Below, piece by piece: positions 35,486-44,525 of a DNA stretch of 64,000 nt. The stretch lies in sequence record MG655269.1, one strand, 5' to 3'. Each line of letters opens with the position of its first letter. Within the stretch, counting starts at the first letter, position 1. The notes under the pieces are model-generated. The model had not been told where the DNA came from and did no database searches. It saw only the letters and a program-made list of their open reading frames with translations. The position numbers and the translations under genes are program-made.

Positions 35486-37609
35486 TTACCAGCTAAATGC
35501 TTTATTGGCACGTGGCATAGTCACTTCCATTGGGATATCTTCCGTGACGAGCTCTTGGCTTTCCAGATCGTCTAACCACGCTTCCATTCCTGCTGAGAGG
35601 AACTGGTGTTCATGTGCACTTTCTTCAAACGATTCCAACCCTACTGCTTCAGCGATCTCCTCAACTTCAACGTTCGAACCATAACGGTCCAAGCCCATCA
35701 GCGCATCAACCTGAGACTTCGACCAAGCCATGATGTCTTCTGAGCGTGTTGAGATGTTCGGCATGGCACCGGTATCCAATACGAAGTTAAAGATATACAC
35801 TTCGTCTTCCTGACCAATACGGTGCATACGTGAGACAGCCTGCTCGTAGTGGTGGAAGCGGAAAGGTTTATTCAACATCAATCCACAGTTCGCTTCAGTC
35901 AGGGGCACGGCCTCTGCCAGTGAGCGGAAGGTAGCGATGCCGGGGTTAACGTCTTCAGAAGCACGGAACGACTTCACCATCTCAACCAGGTCTTTGTTGG
36001 TATCACCGTAAACCACGACGGGTTTATACCCCAGACCCCGACAGATCAACGCCATGGTTTCCAGCGCAGGCACAAAGTCAGTGAAGATCAGGGTCTTCTT
36101 CTTGGCGTTGTCAATGTAGGTACCGAACGGAATCGCCTCAGCAAGCTCTACGTGACACATGGTGCGTTCTTTACCCAACACCCTACCCAGACACTCCCCT
36201 TTGATCTTCAAGTCCACATACTTGATTACAGAGCGGGCATCTTTGAACGGCTTACGCATGTGGTCCGGGATCACCGGGATGATACGCTTGAGTTCGTACT
36301 CGTTACAATACTGACTCATGTAGGCCATCGAGTAGGGATCAAAACCCTGGGTGACAAACGTGTTCACGTATTGGTTGTAGAGTTTGAAGTCCTCTTTCTC
36401 TTTGGGGGAGTGCAAGGTCTTCTCATACCACCCCAGTGCATCGTCGTAGATTTTCTGGTAGGCCGGCTTGTTGTCGGTGTAGAATTTAAACCGCTCTTGA
36501 ATGAATGCCATCATGATCCGTTGGATGTTATCCAGGGTGTAATGCGCGCCATTCTTAATCTTGATCTTCACCGTCATCTCGATCGGCTTGGTGGTCATGA
36601 ACTTCGACTTCGGTACTGAGAAGCTCACAATCCCCAATCGGTTCGCCAGGATGTCGTTGGCTTTGGTGGCGGTTTTGCCCCAGATCTTACGCATCGCTAA
36701 TTCAACATCATTAGTGAAACCGGGGATCAGGGTACGGAACAACGGCACCGCCTCAGTACCCATGGCGGTCAATGCCGTGCCGGAGGCCCAGACGATATCC
36801 TGCGATCCTGAGGCCTGGCAGAGTTCCACAAACAGGTTGGTGCGAATCGACTCTTTGGTTTTCTGGTTTAAGTTGTGTGACTCATCGAGGATAATCCCGA
36901 CGTTGGGCAGGCGCAGTTCTTTTACCATCTTCACCACTTCGTCCAGACGCTCGTAGTGCGCAACGATCCATTTGGTGCCTTTACGGTATGGCTGGTCATA
37001 CTCTGCAACCCAGACCGACTCCTCTGTCGTAAGTTCTGTGGTGATCGTGCGTTCCCAAACATCGCGTGTGGCTTTCTTGGGGGCAATGACAATCACGTAA
37101 TCTTTCTTACGACAGAGCATGGTCATGATACTGCAGAGCGTCTTACCGGCACCGGGTGCGGCAGAGAGTAAAGCACCGCGCAGACCGTAACGTGGGATCA
37201 CGGTGTTATAGTAGTTCAGCCAGTTACGCTGTTCAGGTAGTGGGGTCTTCTTAACATACTTCAACTGGTTCAGGTCGATGATATCTTCATACTGCTCCTC
37301 GAGGTTGCGCATCCAGGTGTTCTTGCGCAGCAGCTCCAGGATCTTACCCAGACCGCGACGATCTGACCAGGTCTTATCGTGTTCGTAGAGTTGCTTTAAG
37401 ATATACTCTACTTCGATGGCAAAGAAACTGTTAAAGCTGATCTTGTTCTGGGTTACCTCTCGAAAGAGATAGCCGGCAATTTTACTGGTCTTCCAGACCT
37501 TGAGAATATCGCGCGTTGCCAATGGGGCATTAAAGCCAGTGATGGTAATGATATCGTTTTTCTCTTCGACGTTAATGAACCCTAACGCCCGACGCAGGTA
37601 GTCAAACAT
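35486..37609 (-). CDS. SNF2-like superfamily 2 helicase (phiKZ gp203-like)
   Basis: APGAGKT, ILDESH, SGT, EQAVSRMHRIGQ motifs. Confidence 0.88.
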   Translation of the reverse strand: MFDYLRRALGFINVEEKNDIITITGFNAPLATRDILKVWKTSKIAGYLFREVTQNKISFNSFFAIEVEYILKQLYEHDKTWSDRRGLGKILELLRKNTWMRNLEEQYEDIIDLNQLKYVKKTPLPEQRNWLNYYNTVIPRYGLRGALLSAAPGAGKTLCSIMTMLCRKKDYVIVIAPKKATRDVWERTITTELTTEESVWVAEYDQPYRKGTKWIVAHYERLDEVVKMVKELRLPNVGIILDESHNLNQKTKESIRTNLFVELCQASGSQDIVWASGTALTAMGTEAVPLFRTLIPGFTNDVELAMRKIWGKTATKANDILANRLGIVSFSVPKSKFMTTKPIEMTVKIKIKNGAHYTLDNIQRIMMAFIQERFKFYTDNKPAYQKIYDDALGWYEKTLHSPKEKEDFKLYNQYVNTFVTQGFDPYSMAYMSQYCNEYELKRIIPVIPDHMRKPFKDARSVIKYVDLKIKGECLGRVLGKERTMCHVELAEAIPFGTYIDNAKKKTLIFTDFVPALETMALICRGLGYKPVVVYGDTNKDLVEMVKSFRASEDVNPGIATFRSLAEAVPLTEANCGLMLNKPFRFHHYEQAVSRMHRIGQEDEVYIFNFVLDTGAMPNISTRSEDIMAWSKSQVDALMGLDRYGSNVEVEEIAEAVGLESFEESAHEHQFLSAGMEAWLDDLESQELVTEDIPMEVTMPRANKAFSW

Positions 37610-37687
37610 AAATGCCCCTTAGGAAAGTTAAATCATACTAATGTGATCTATAAAATAACGTGCGATATAGAATCTATATTTTTACAT

Positions 37688-37707
37688 ACCTACATTACGG
37701 TAGTGAT
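37688..37707 (+). promoter_or_regulatory. putative phage early promoter
   Basis: ACCTACATTAC-GGTA-GTGAT at the divergent junction. Confidence 0.75.
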
Positions 37708-37814
37708 ATGTTGTACAACATAAAACATATTAGTTGGGTATACTAAAGTTTTATTAGATCCACTACACTTTCGAATAGTGTTTTAGTATACAACCAACAA
37801 CTTGGAGGTCCACT

Positions 37815-37886
37815 ATGGATCGTTTAATCATTTTCACCGGGGTAATCGTTACATTCGTCATTAGCATTGCAATGACTGTGACGTAA
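37815..37886 (+). CDS. 23-aa single-TM peptide (not in ORF track)
   Basis: RBS GGAGG; MDRLIIFTGVIVTFVISIAMTVT. Confidence 0.6.
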   Translation: MDRLIIFTGVIVTFVISIAMTVT

Positions 37887-37902
37887 CACAAAGGAGAGGG
37901 TT

Positions 37903-38316
37903 ATGAATCGCCCTACATTGACCGTTCGCGGCATGATCGATGAGCTATTAGCCGCTGCAAAAGCGCAACACCCAGATATAACTCGACTGGCAATAAAGGT
38001 CGCATATATTCAGAATGAAAAAATTAAGTACATTGTGAATATCACCACCGCTACAGGAGTGATACCATTCACGGATGAAAGTCAGATGGATGTTATGGGA
38101 GTTGTCGAGCATGAGGTGGCAAAGATCACCGAACGCGAACGCAATAGACCCAACGTAGGCGAATTAGACATAGCCAGTAACACCACAATAAACCTGTATA
38201 CGAAGTTTAGGCGCATCTTTGGGCCTCGACCCATTATCACAGTGAAATTGGGTTATCTTGATCCCGTCACCCCTAACGTCAACAGGGTTACCGTGGAATT
38301 AGACTACACTTACTAA
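37903..38316 (+). CDS. hypothetical early protein
   Basis: RBS AAGGAG. Confidence 0.7.
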   Translation: MNRPTLTVRGMIDELLAAAKAQHPDITRLAIKVAYIQNEKIKYIVNITTATGVIPFTDESQMDVMGVVEHEVAKITERERNRPNVGELDIASNTTINLYTKFRRIFGPRPIITVKLGYLDPVTPNVNRVTVELDYTY

Positions 38317-38330
38317 AGGGTTTGACAATA

Positions 38331-38906
38331 ATGTTAAACAAAATCATTACTGAGAATGTTGGACGCATCTCACTGAAGGTCTGGGATAACTGCGAAGATT
38401 ATTTGCTTCGCGTCACCCAGGGGATTAAACGTGACATCATGCGGGAAATCAAAACGCATGGTGGTCGCACGCAATTCCGCGTCACTGTCCGTAACTCACT
38501 CGGCTATAACAAGGCCGAGGGGATCTTTCACGATCTGCAAGTGGTGGTCACCTGTCTGGCCACTTCCAAAGAACTGAAAGAAACCGTGCGTCTGCCTGTC
38601 AGCAAAGACAACCCCCTGGCTGTTATTAAGGGTACGTTGATGCATGCGGCGATCAAAGCCAACGCCGTGCGCAGCTATACCTCGATGAACTCACGGGCTG
38701 ATGAAGTCCGTAAGACACTGAAGAGCAACCTGGATGACATGCTGAAAACGCACTCCACGGTCATCTCAGTGCATCAACACAAATCTGGCCATCCTGAAAT
38801 TGCTGCGGAATTCATTCAAACTGACGGTCCTTCCATGGCCGCCTTATTTGAGAAACTTGCGCAGCACTCCCCATTGGGTGGTCTCTCAACACAACCTTCC
38901 ATGTAA
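38331..38906 (+). CDS. hypothetical early protein
   Basis: Start re-chosen at MLNKII. Confidence 0.7.
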   Translation: MLNKIITENVGRISLKVWDNCEDYLLRVTQGIKRDIMREIKTHGGRTQFRVTVRNSLGYNKAEGIFHDLQVVVTCLATSKELKETVRLPVSKDNPLAVIKGTLMHAAIKANAVRSYTSMNSRADEVRKTLKSNLDDMLKTHSTVISVHQHKSGHPEIAAEFIQTDGPSMAALFEKLAQHSPLGGLSTQPSM

Positions 38907-38963
38907 GTTCTCGTAATCGGCTGGGCGGGTGAGTATCACCGCCTGGCTTTCCAGGAGTCTATT

Positions 38964-39464
38964 ATGAGCGCCTTGCTTACAGAACTCCTCTCTGGACCCG
39001 CAATTCCTTTCGGGTTGGTAATTGGTATACTCGTTTGGTTATTGCATGTGAAGCTGTCAAACAAATCACATCAGCATGTTTACGATGTGGTCGGTCATCA
39101 ATTGGTTAATGATATCGAACACCTGTGCCGGGAACTAGCCAGCCCATCGGATCATCGGCGTTACATCAAAACCGATCTTCCACCACAAGGTGATCAGATT
39201 AACTACCTGCGTAAGCACATCGAATCGCACCTTAAAGCGCGTGTAACTAAATACATCGATGCTGCTTGTTATAACGTCAGGGCAGCCCGCAGACCACGGG
39301 CGAAGTTACACGTCAAGGTGGTTAACCTGGCGCATATGGGGCAAGGGCTTGAGATAAGTTTTAAACTAGGCCGAGGGATCTTCACCGATCACCGTACCTA
39401 TTTTAAACCATCCACCTATGCCCATGTCAGTCTCTTCTTTAAAGATGAAGTTCTTTCCAAATAA
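38964..39464 (+). CDS. N-terminally membrane-anchored hypothetical protein (paralog family)
   Basis: RBS AGGAG; TM segment IPFGLVIGILVWLLHV. Confidence 0.7.
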   Translation: MSALLTELLSGPAIPFGLVIGILVWLLHVKLSNKSHQHVYDVVGHQLVNDIEHLCRELASPSDHRRYIKTDLPPQGDQINYLRKHIESHLKARVTKYIDAACYNVRAARRPRAKLHVKVVNLAHMGQGLEISFKLGRGIFTDHRTYFKPSTYAHVSLFFKDEVLSK

Positions 39465-39476
39465 AGGAATCAGTAG

Positions 39477-40793
39477 ATGTCAAGCAAAAAAGCAGCCAAA
39501 GTCAATCCAAAGAAACAACACAAACAAGCTGTTGCGCAGCAGACGCAGCAGGTTAACGGTGACCTGGAATGGGCCCGTGGTATCTTTAGCCATATCGACA
39601 GCTATTTTGTTCAGCAGGTGAATAACCTGGTGCACCGTCGTTATAAAGGCAGCGACAACTATCCGAAACATTTCGGCGCCCGTGTTGAGATCAATGAAAA
39701 GCACGGTCGCTACGACATCCTGAAATTCCTGAGCTGGGATGAAGCCGGTGTGCTGGATGACTTCGGTAACCAGACCGGTGAGTTCGAACTCGGCTATGTG
39801 CATTTCCATCGCCTGAAAGAGATCTCGCAGGATGCACACAAAAACAACCGTCCGGTGGATATCGGCTGGGCCTATGTACCACACGTTGATTTCGAACACT
39901 CTGTTGATGCAGCCATGAAAGCGGCAGCAAAACATGATCACTTCGAAGCGGCGGTGCGCGCACATCTGCAAGGCGCGCTGGATGTCTATGCGACACTGGT
40001 CGATGAACTCAAAGCTGAATACCAGCCTGAGAACGCAGACGGCCAATACGTTGGCGTGTGTTTCTACTTCAACCCAGAAACCAACGTATTGGAATACGTG
40101 ATGCAGAAACACGGCGTAACCGATCTGATCGACGGCAAAGCCTCTGAGCGTGACTTCCGTGATCTGCCGGCTGGCGCTGAAGTTACTGGCCCAATCGTGG
40201 TGGATGGCGACACGGACTTCCGTAACTACAACTCCTGCATGTTGCGTCTGGTCAGTGAAGTGGCGCGTTGGGAACGTATCAGTAAACCAAACAAAGAGTG
40301 CATGGAAACCGCAGCAACGGATCTGGTTGGTCGCATGATCACCAATGCCGAAGCGGCGTTTGAGAAAGCCAAAGAGAAAGCCGCTGCTGAAGGTATCACA
40401 GCAGATCTCTCTCTGCGTTACAATGGTCTGCGTGGTCTGCTGGAAGTGGTCTACAAAGATGAGTTGGGTAATACTGCGCTGGTTGATATCGGTATGGACG
40501 CAGCCGCTGTGCTGTTGATCATGACCCGTATCGAACCGGATCTGCAGATGTACGTCACCCCACGTTTCAACAAAGCCTTTGTTGAGCGTTTCGGTGCAGG
40601 TGACCAGCACGTCAAAAATGACAACGGTGATGTGATTGCCACCGAAGTCCCGGCGCGTGGCCTGACTGCTGACTTCCTCGCTTTTGATGAACTCGCTGTC
40701 ACTGGTCAGGCGTCACCGGTACAGGAGCTGGATGATGCGTTTGATAAAGACGACGAACCGGCTGCTGATGAAAACTACGCCCTGAAGGCGTAA
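39477..40793 (+). CDS. hypothetical protein, probably highly expressed
   Basis: 438 aa, RBS AAGGA, strongly biased codon usage, followed by a terminator hairpin. Confidence 0.85.
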   Translation: MSSKKAAKVNPKKQHKQAVAQQTQQVNGDLEWARGIFSHIDSYFVQQVNNLVHRRYKGSDNYPKHFGARVEINEKHGRYDILKFLSWDEAGVLDDFGNQTGEFELGYVHFHRLKEISQDAHKNNRPVDIGWAYVPHVDFEHSVDAAMKAAAKHDHFEAAVRAHLQGALDVYATLVDELKAEYQPENADGQYVGVCFYFNPETNVLEYVMQKHGVTDLIDGKASERDFRDLPAGAEVTGPIVVDGDTDFRNYNSCMLRLVSEVARWERISKPNKECMETAATDLVGRMITNAEAAFEKAKEKAAAEGITADLSLRYNGLRGLLEVVYKDELGNTALVDIGMDAAAVLLIMTRIEPDLQMYVTPRFNKAFVERFGAGDQHVKNDNGDVIATEVPARGLTADFLAFDELAVTGQASPVQELDDAFDKDDEPAADENYALKA

Positions 40794-40880
40794 GTTCGGT
40801 TATGGGGGAGGGCTTAGGCTCTCCCTTTTAACAGTTATCTTTCTTTTTTATTTGATTTTTTACAATGCAGATTTTTTCAG

Positions 40881-40900
40881 ACCTATATGACGGAAGTGAA
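40881..40900 (+). promoter_or_regulatory. putative phage early promoter (variant)
   Basis: ACCTATATGAC-GGAA-GTGAA. Confidence 0.6.
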
Positions 40901-40954
40901 TAGAGCCAGTAGTCACTGACTCGACAATCTTAATTCACTTACGAGGTATAGATT

Positions 40955-41392
40955 ATGAAACTGAATAAACTGCGTTATGTTCTTTCTAAGGGATTCATTT
41001 CTCTTTGTGCCGACAACATCGAAGCCATGGGCATGGAAAGAGTTATCCGTATGGCCGAACGTCGTTACATGTTCGCTAACCCAAAAGCTGACGAAGTCGA
41101 AATCGACGAGTCTGATGTTAACCGTGCTCTTAGCATCGCTAAGAACAAAGATGCACGCTATGACCGTATTGCTAACCTGTACTCTTGGTTGGCACGTAAC
41201 ATCTCTGGTGTTCGTAACACTGCGGCGTTAAACCGTGATGTAATGAAAAGCCTGTGGATGAGCTACCGCGGTTATATCACTGCAAACGCTCTGGAAGAAC
41301 TGTGGGTGGTTACTAAGGTGTATGACAATGGTACTGACCTCGAAGTTGAGTTCAGTGAAGTTTGTGCCCTGATTGCCAACAGCGAAGTATAA
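40955..41392 (+). CDS. hypothetical early protein
   Basis: RBS GAGG. Confidence 0.75.
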   Translation: MKLNKLRYVLSKGFISLCADNIEAMGMERVIRMAERRYMFANPKADEVEIDESDVNRALSIAKNKDARYDRIANLYSWLARNISGVRNTAALNRDVMKSLWMSYRGYITANALEELWVVTKVYDNGTDLEVEFSEVCALIANSEV

Positions 41393-41402
41393 GGAGCACA
41401 TT

Positions 41403-41888
41403 ATGTCAAACGGGGTAATGTGGATGATGCTAGCGGCCTGTATCGCTATCGGCTTCAAGATTATCGGTACGGCCTTATCTTCCCCGGCCTCGACCGTTGC
41501 AGATCTAAAACGCTGGGCTTCTATTAAGACACCAGATTTCATTGATGCGGCTTTCACCGGGGAAACGATGTATTGCATTACTGAGCGTACTGCGAAACGC
41601 CATTTGGAACTTTATGGTCCAGACGGTATCGTAGGTATGTACAGTGATGTGTTTGATGAACTTAGACAATGTACCACTATGGACGGGTGGTTAATCGACG
41701 GTAGGATTGTCGACAATAAAAACGGAGCAGTACAGATCGCCTTGACCATGACCCGCAACGAAGTGGTTCTCAATAAAGCATACGTTGTCCCATACTTGCA
41801 AATCCTGCGAGTCACCGACACGTTCTCTCCTGAGATTCTCCGTCGTTCTGTTCGTGATGTTCAGGTTATTAATGCAAATGTTGTTTGA
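41403..41888 (+). CDS. membrane-anchored hypothetical protein
   Basis: RBS AAGGAG; N-terminal TM segment. Confidence 0.7.
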   Translation: MSNGVMWMMLAACIAIGFKIIGTALSSPASTVADLKRWASIKTPDFIDAAFTGETMYCITERTAKRHLELYGPDGIVGMYSDVFDELRQCTTMDGWLIDGRIVDNKNGAVQIALTMTRNEVVLNKAYVVPYLQILRVTDTFSPEILRRSVRDVQVINANVV

Positions 41889-41902
41889 TCCCTCCGAATT
41901 TT

Positions 41903-41932
41903 AGGCCAGGTTTGCACCTGGCCTTTATGCCG
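41903..41932 (+). terminator. hairpin + TTATGCCG terminator
   Basis: AGGCCAGG-TTTGCA-CCTGGCCT stem then TTATGCCG. Confidence 0.8.
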
Positions 41933-42103
41933 GCCTGGGAATGGTACCCGTTATGCCACTATCAATTAACCAAAATGTAGAAATGGTAGATTGGCCTAAC
42001 CAAGGGCCAACTACCTAGCCGTCATACTGCGCTGGGGGTTCGATGTAACCCCCAGGCAACCCTTATCTATTTAACCTAATTTAACACCAGGGAATTTACT
42101 AAA

Positions 42104-42268
42104 ATGGCTTTTATCAAATCACTGTTCCACAAAGCGTCTTCTACTACTCCTGTTAACATCAGCGTAATCGAAGCCCAGCTGGAAGAGACCCAGCGTATCC
42201 TGAACCGTTTAAACAAACATCAGACATCAACCGTCCGTGGTGAACGTACTCGCCACAATCACCACTGA
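42104..42268 (+). CDS. 54-aa protein (not in ORF track)
   Basis: MAFIKSLFHKASSTTPVNISVIEAQLEETQRILNRLNKHQTSTVRGERTRHNHH; RBS AGGGA; coiled-coil-like middle. Confidence 0.6.
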   Translation: MAFIKSLFHKASSTTPVNISVIEAQLEETQRILNRLNKHQTSTVRGERTRHNHH

Positions 42269-42313
42269 GTGGTGTGCACGAAAGCAAGAAAAGTGTAGTG
42301 CAGAAAATCTCAC

Positions 42314-42333
42314 ACCTATATAACCTGGGTGAT
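42314..42333 (+). promoter_or_regulatory. putative phage early promoter (variant)
   Basis: ACCTATATAAC-CTGG-GTGAT. Confidence 0.65.
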
Positions 42334-42393
42334 ATACAGTAGTAAATCAATTGCAGTAACCAACTTAACCTAATTGTCTTGTGAGGTATTATC

Positions 42394-43023
42394 ATGTCAA
42401 ACGTACTCGAACTGAACACAACTCCTTCTAACCCGGCAATGGCTGAAGCTTTCCGTAAAGCAGCAACCAAGGATCTCTCGCCGGAACTGGGCGGTGATAC
42501 CTTACAAGCCGAATTAGCGAACATGGAACGTGCAAAAACTGAACCTGAATCAAACACTGCACGTCTGGCCAAAACCTTAGCGGGCATGACTTCTTCTGTG
42601 AAGGACATGAACGAGACGCTGCACGAAGCAGCAGGAGAGAACACCATGCATCACACTGATGGCGCTGATAACATGTTCAGCGAAGTAGAAGAAATGATCG
42701 AGCCTGAATTCACTGGCAGTCATGGTCGTGTCAAAGCCATGGCGCTGCTGTCAGCGGGTTCATTGATTGCGACTACTGCTACTGCTGCGTTATTCACACG
42801 TAACAGCAAGACTGTCAAGTCAGTCGCGGTAACGGGTCTGTTAACCAGCAGCATGCTGATCGGCATGGAAGCGATTCAGGCTAAACGTAATCCGTCTGTG
42901 GCGGATCGTCTGGTCATGGGCAAGAAACGTGCCGCCAAGTTACTGGGCGGTGGTCTGGCAATCGGTGCGGCAACCATGTCAATCGGTTTAACTGTAGGTC
43001 GTATCTTTAACTCCGGAGAGTAA
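42394..43023 (+). CDS. early membrane protein with C-terminal Gly/Ala-rich hydrophobic helices
   Basis: RBS GAGGT; three hydrophobic segments. Confidence 0.75.
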   Translation: MSNVLELNTTPSNPAMAEAFRKAATKDLSPELGGDTLQAELANMERAKTEPESNTARLAKTLAGMTSSVKDMNETLHEAAGENTMHHTDGADNMFSEVEEMIEPEFTGSHGRVKAMALLSAGSLIATTATAALFTRNSKTVKSVAVTGLLTSSMLIGMEAIQAKRNPSVADRLVMGKKRAAKLLGGGLAIGAATMSIGLTVGRIFNSGE

Positions 43024-43024
43024 C

Positions 43025-43405
43025 ATGAGCCAGCTATTCGAGAACATCGATGACGTCATCGAACCAGTAGTCGATCTGAATGTGGCGAAACGTACCCTGA
43101 TGTTAGCATCCGGGGTACGAGCTGTAGCACTGGCAGTGGGTGTCGGTGTCGGCGCTGCTGCCATGAAGATCAAACCTTCAACTGCGGTGAAAGCCGCAGT
43201 GATCCCAGCGGTGATCGAACTCGGTGCAACTTACCTCGGGGTGAGTCGTGCCAGCGAAGTCGAGATCCTGGATAAAGAAGCAACTGTCAGCAACAAATCA
43301 CACCTCAACGATGCAGCCGTCAATTTCATTGCCGGTGCCGTTGCCATTGTAGGCGGTGCAGTGATTGCCCGTGTACTCAAAGGGCCGGAAACACCGGCTG
43401 AATAA
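43025..43405 (+). CDS. early membrane protein (AKRTLM family)
   Basis: AKRTLM + Gly/Ala-rich TM segments. Confidence 0.75.
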   Translation: MSQLFENIDDVIEPVVDLNVAKRTLMLASGVRAVALAVGVGVGAAAMKIKPSTAVKAAVIPAVIELGATYLGVSRASEVEILDKEATVSNKSHLNDAAVNFIAGAVAIVGGAVIARVLKGPETPAE

Positions 43406-43420
43406 TCCCAGTAAAGGAAC

Positions 43421-43615
43421 ATGACCATGTTTAACAAAACCTGCGAACAGAAAGAGCCAGCTTGTGAAGTCACCATCAATCTTAACGTACAGATCGTAGG
43501 CATGGCCGTGGGTTGTGTTCTTGCGCAGAGTGAGAACACCATGGTCAAAGCCGGTGGCGTGGGCTTGGTAGCCGCGTCCTTCCTGGGCATGATTAAGAAA
43601 CTGTCTAAACTGTAA
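43421..43615 (+). CDS. small early membrane protein
   Basis: RBS AAGGA; hydrophobic hairpin. Confidence 0.65.
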   Translation: MTMFNKTCEQKEPACEVTINLNVQIVGMAVGCVLAQSENTMVKAGGVGLVAASFLGMIKKLSKL

Positions 43616-43681
43616 TTCCTTGTAGTAACCAAACCCAATCAAACTCACTGTAATTAACCTAACTGTAAAAGAGAGAATATC

Positions 43682-43981
43682 ATGGAAAACATCAACGCAT
43701 CTGCAATCAACGAAACTGCTAAAACTGCTGGCGCTACTGTTGAAAGTATCGTAAAAGAAACCATGTTCGCGAAAGTGGCAGACGCTGTCGAGCCAACTGT
43801 TGCGAAGAAGATCGCCAAACGCACCCTGATGGCAGGCGGTGTGTTAGCGCTCTGTGGTCTGGGTTACTTCGGCTACCGGGCGCTGAAGAAAACCAAAGCA
43901 GTCGTAATCATCACCGAAGGCGATGCGGTTAACGAAACCACCGCTGACACCACCGTGGTAGCAGACGACACTGCTGCGTAA
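43682..43981 (+). CDS. early membrane protein (AKRTLM family)
   Basis: AKRTLMAGGVLALCGLGYFGY TM segment. Confidence 0.75.
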   Translation: MENINASAINETAKTAGATVESIVKETMFAKVADAVEPTVAKKIAKRTLMAGGVLALCGLGYFGYRALKKTKAVVIITEGDAVNETTADTTVVADDTAA

Positions 43982-44052
43982 TTTTGTGAGGGCTAGGATA
44001 TCCTAGCCCTTTCCTTTCTCACTCTTTTTTTTTTGTTAAAGTAGGGACGTCC

Positions 44053-44523
44053 ATGCATGCAATCACAACCGGTACCGTCGCTATTCTGATCTTCATCACC
44101 TTCTTGTTTATTTCAGAATGGCGATTAAAGGTAAGTAAGAACCTTATCTTCAAAGAAGTCACCCGAATCGCGTACTCAATTATTCGCTATACCGACGTCA
44201 AGCAGATCACCCCGGAGATCTACCTTATTGCAGCGGAGTTACAAAACCGCATGGTAAAGGTGGGGAACTTCAGTGTGACCGAGAAGGACCGGGAAGTCGC
44301 CATGACCATTGCCAAGTACATTTCAATCTTTGGCAACCAACGGGTACGTGATCCGGTTATCCTGTTGCACGTGATCGCCAGACGGTTAAATGAGTTCGAT
44401 GGGATATCCGCTAAATCGCTGGTCTCCACCAATGGCCGCCTGGAGCTCGTTATAGGGCGTGATGACGCCACAGACTATGATCGGGTCATCTATCGCTTCA
44501 ACTCCCCTCAGACGCTCTTCTAG
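44053..44523 (+). CDS. N-terminally membrane-anchored hypothetical protein (paralog family)
   Basis: TM segment TVAILIFITFLFI. Confidence 0.7.
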   Translation: MHAITTGTVAILIFITFLFISEWRLKVSKNLIFKEVTRIAYSIIRYTDVKQITPEIYLIAAELQNRMVKVGNFSVTEKDREVAMTIAKYISIFGNQRVRDPVILLHVIARRLNEFDGISAKSLVSTNGRLELVIGRDDATDYDRVIYRFNSPQTLF

Positions 44524-44525
44524 AC

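Noticed and set aside
39480-40610. 376-aa minus-strand ORF
   Set aside because: Exact antisense shadow of the codon-biased 39477..40793 gene; no RBS and no recognisable motifs.
42028-42058. GGTTCGA resembling a tRNA T-loop
   Set aside because: Loop size is wrong and no acceptor, D or anticodon arms can be built; kept only as a hairpin.
42159-42647. 162-aa minus-strand ORF
   Set aside because: Overlaps the 42104 and 42394 plus-strand genes and an early promoter; better explained as a shadow.
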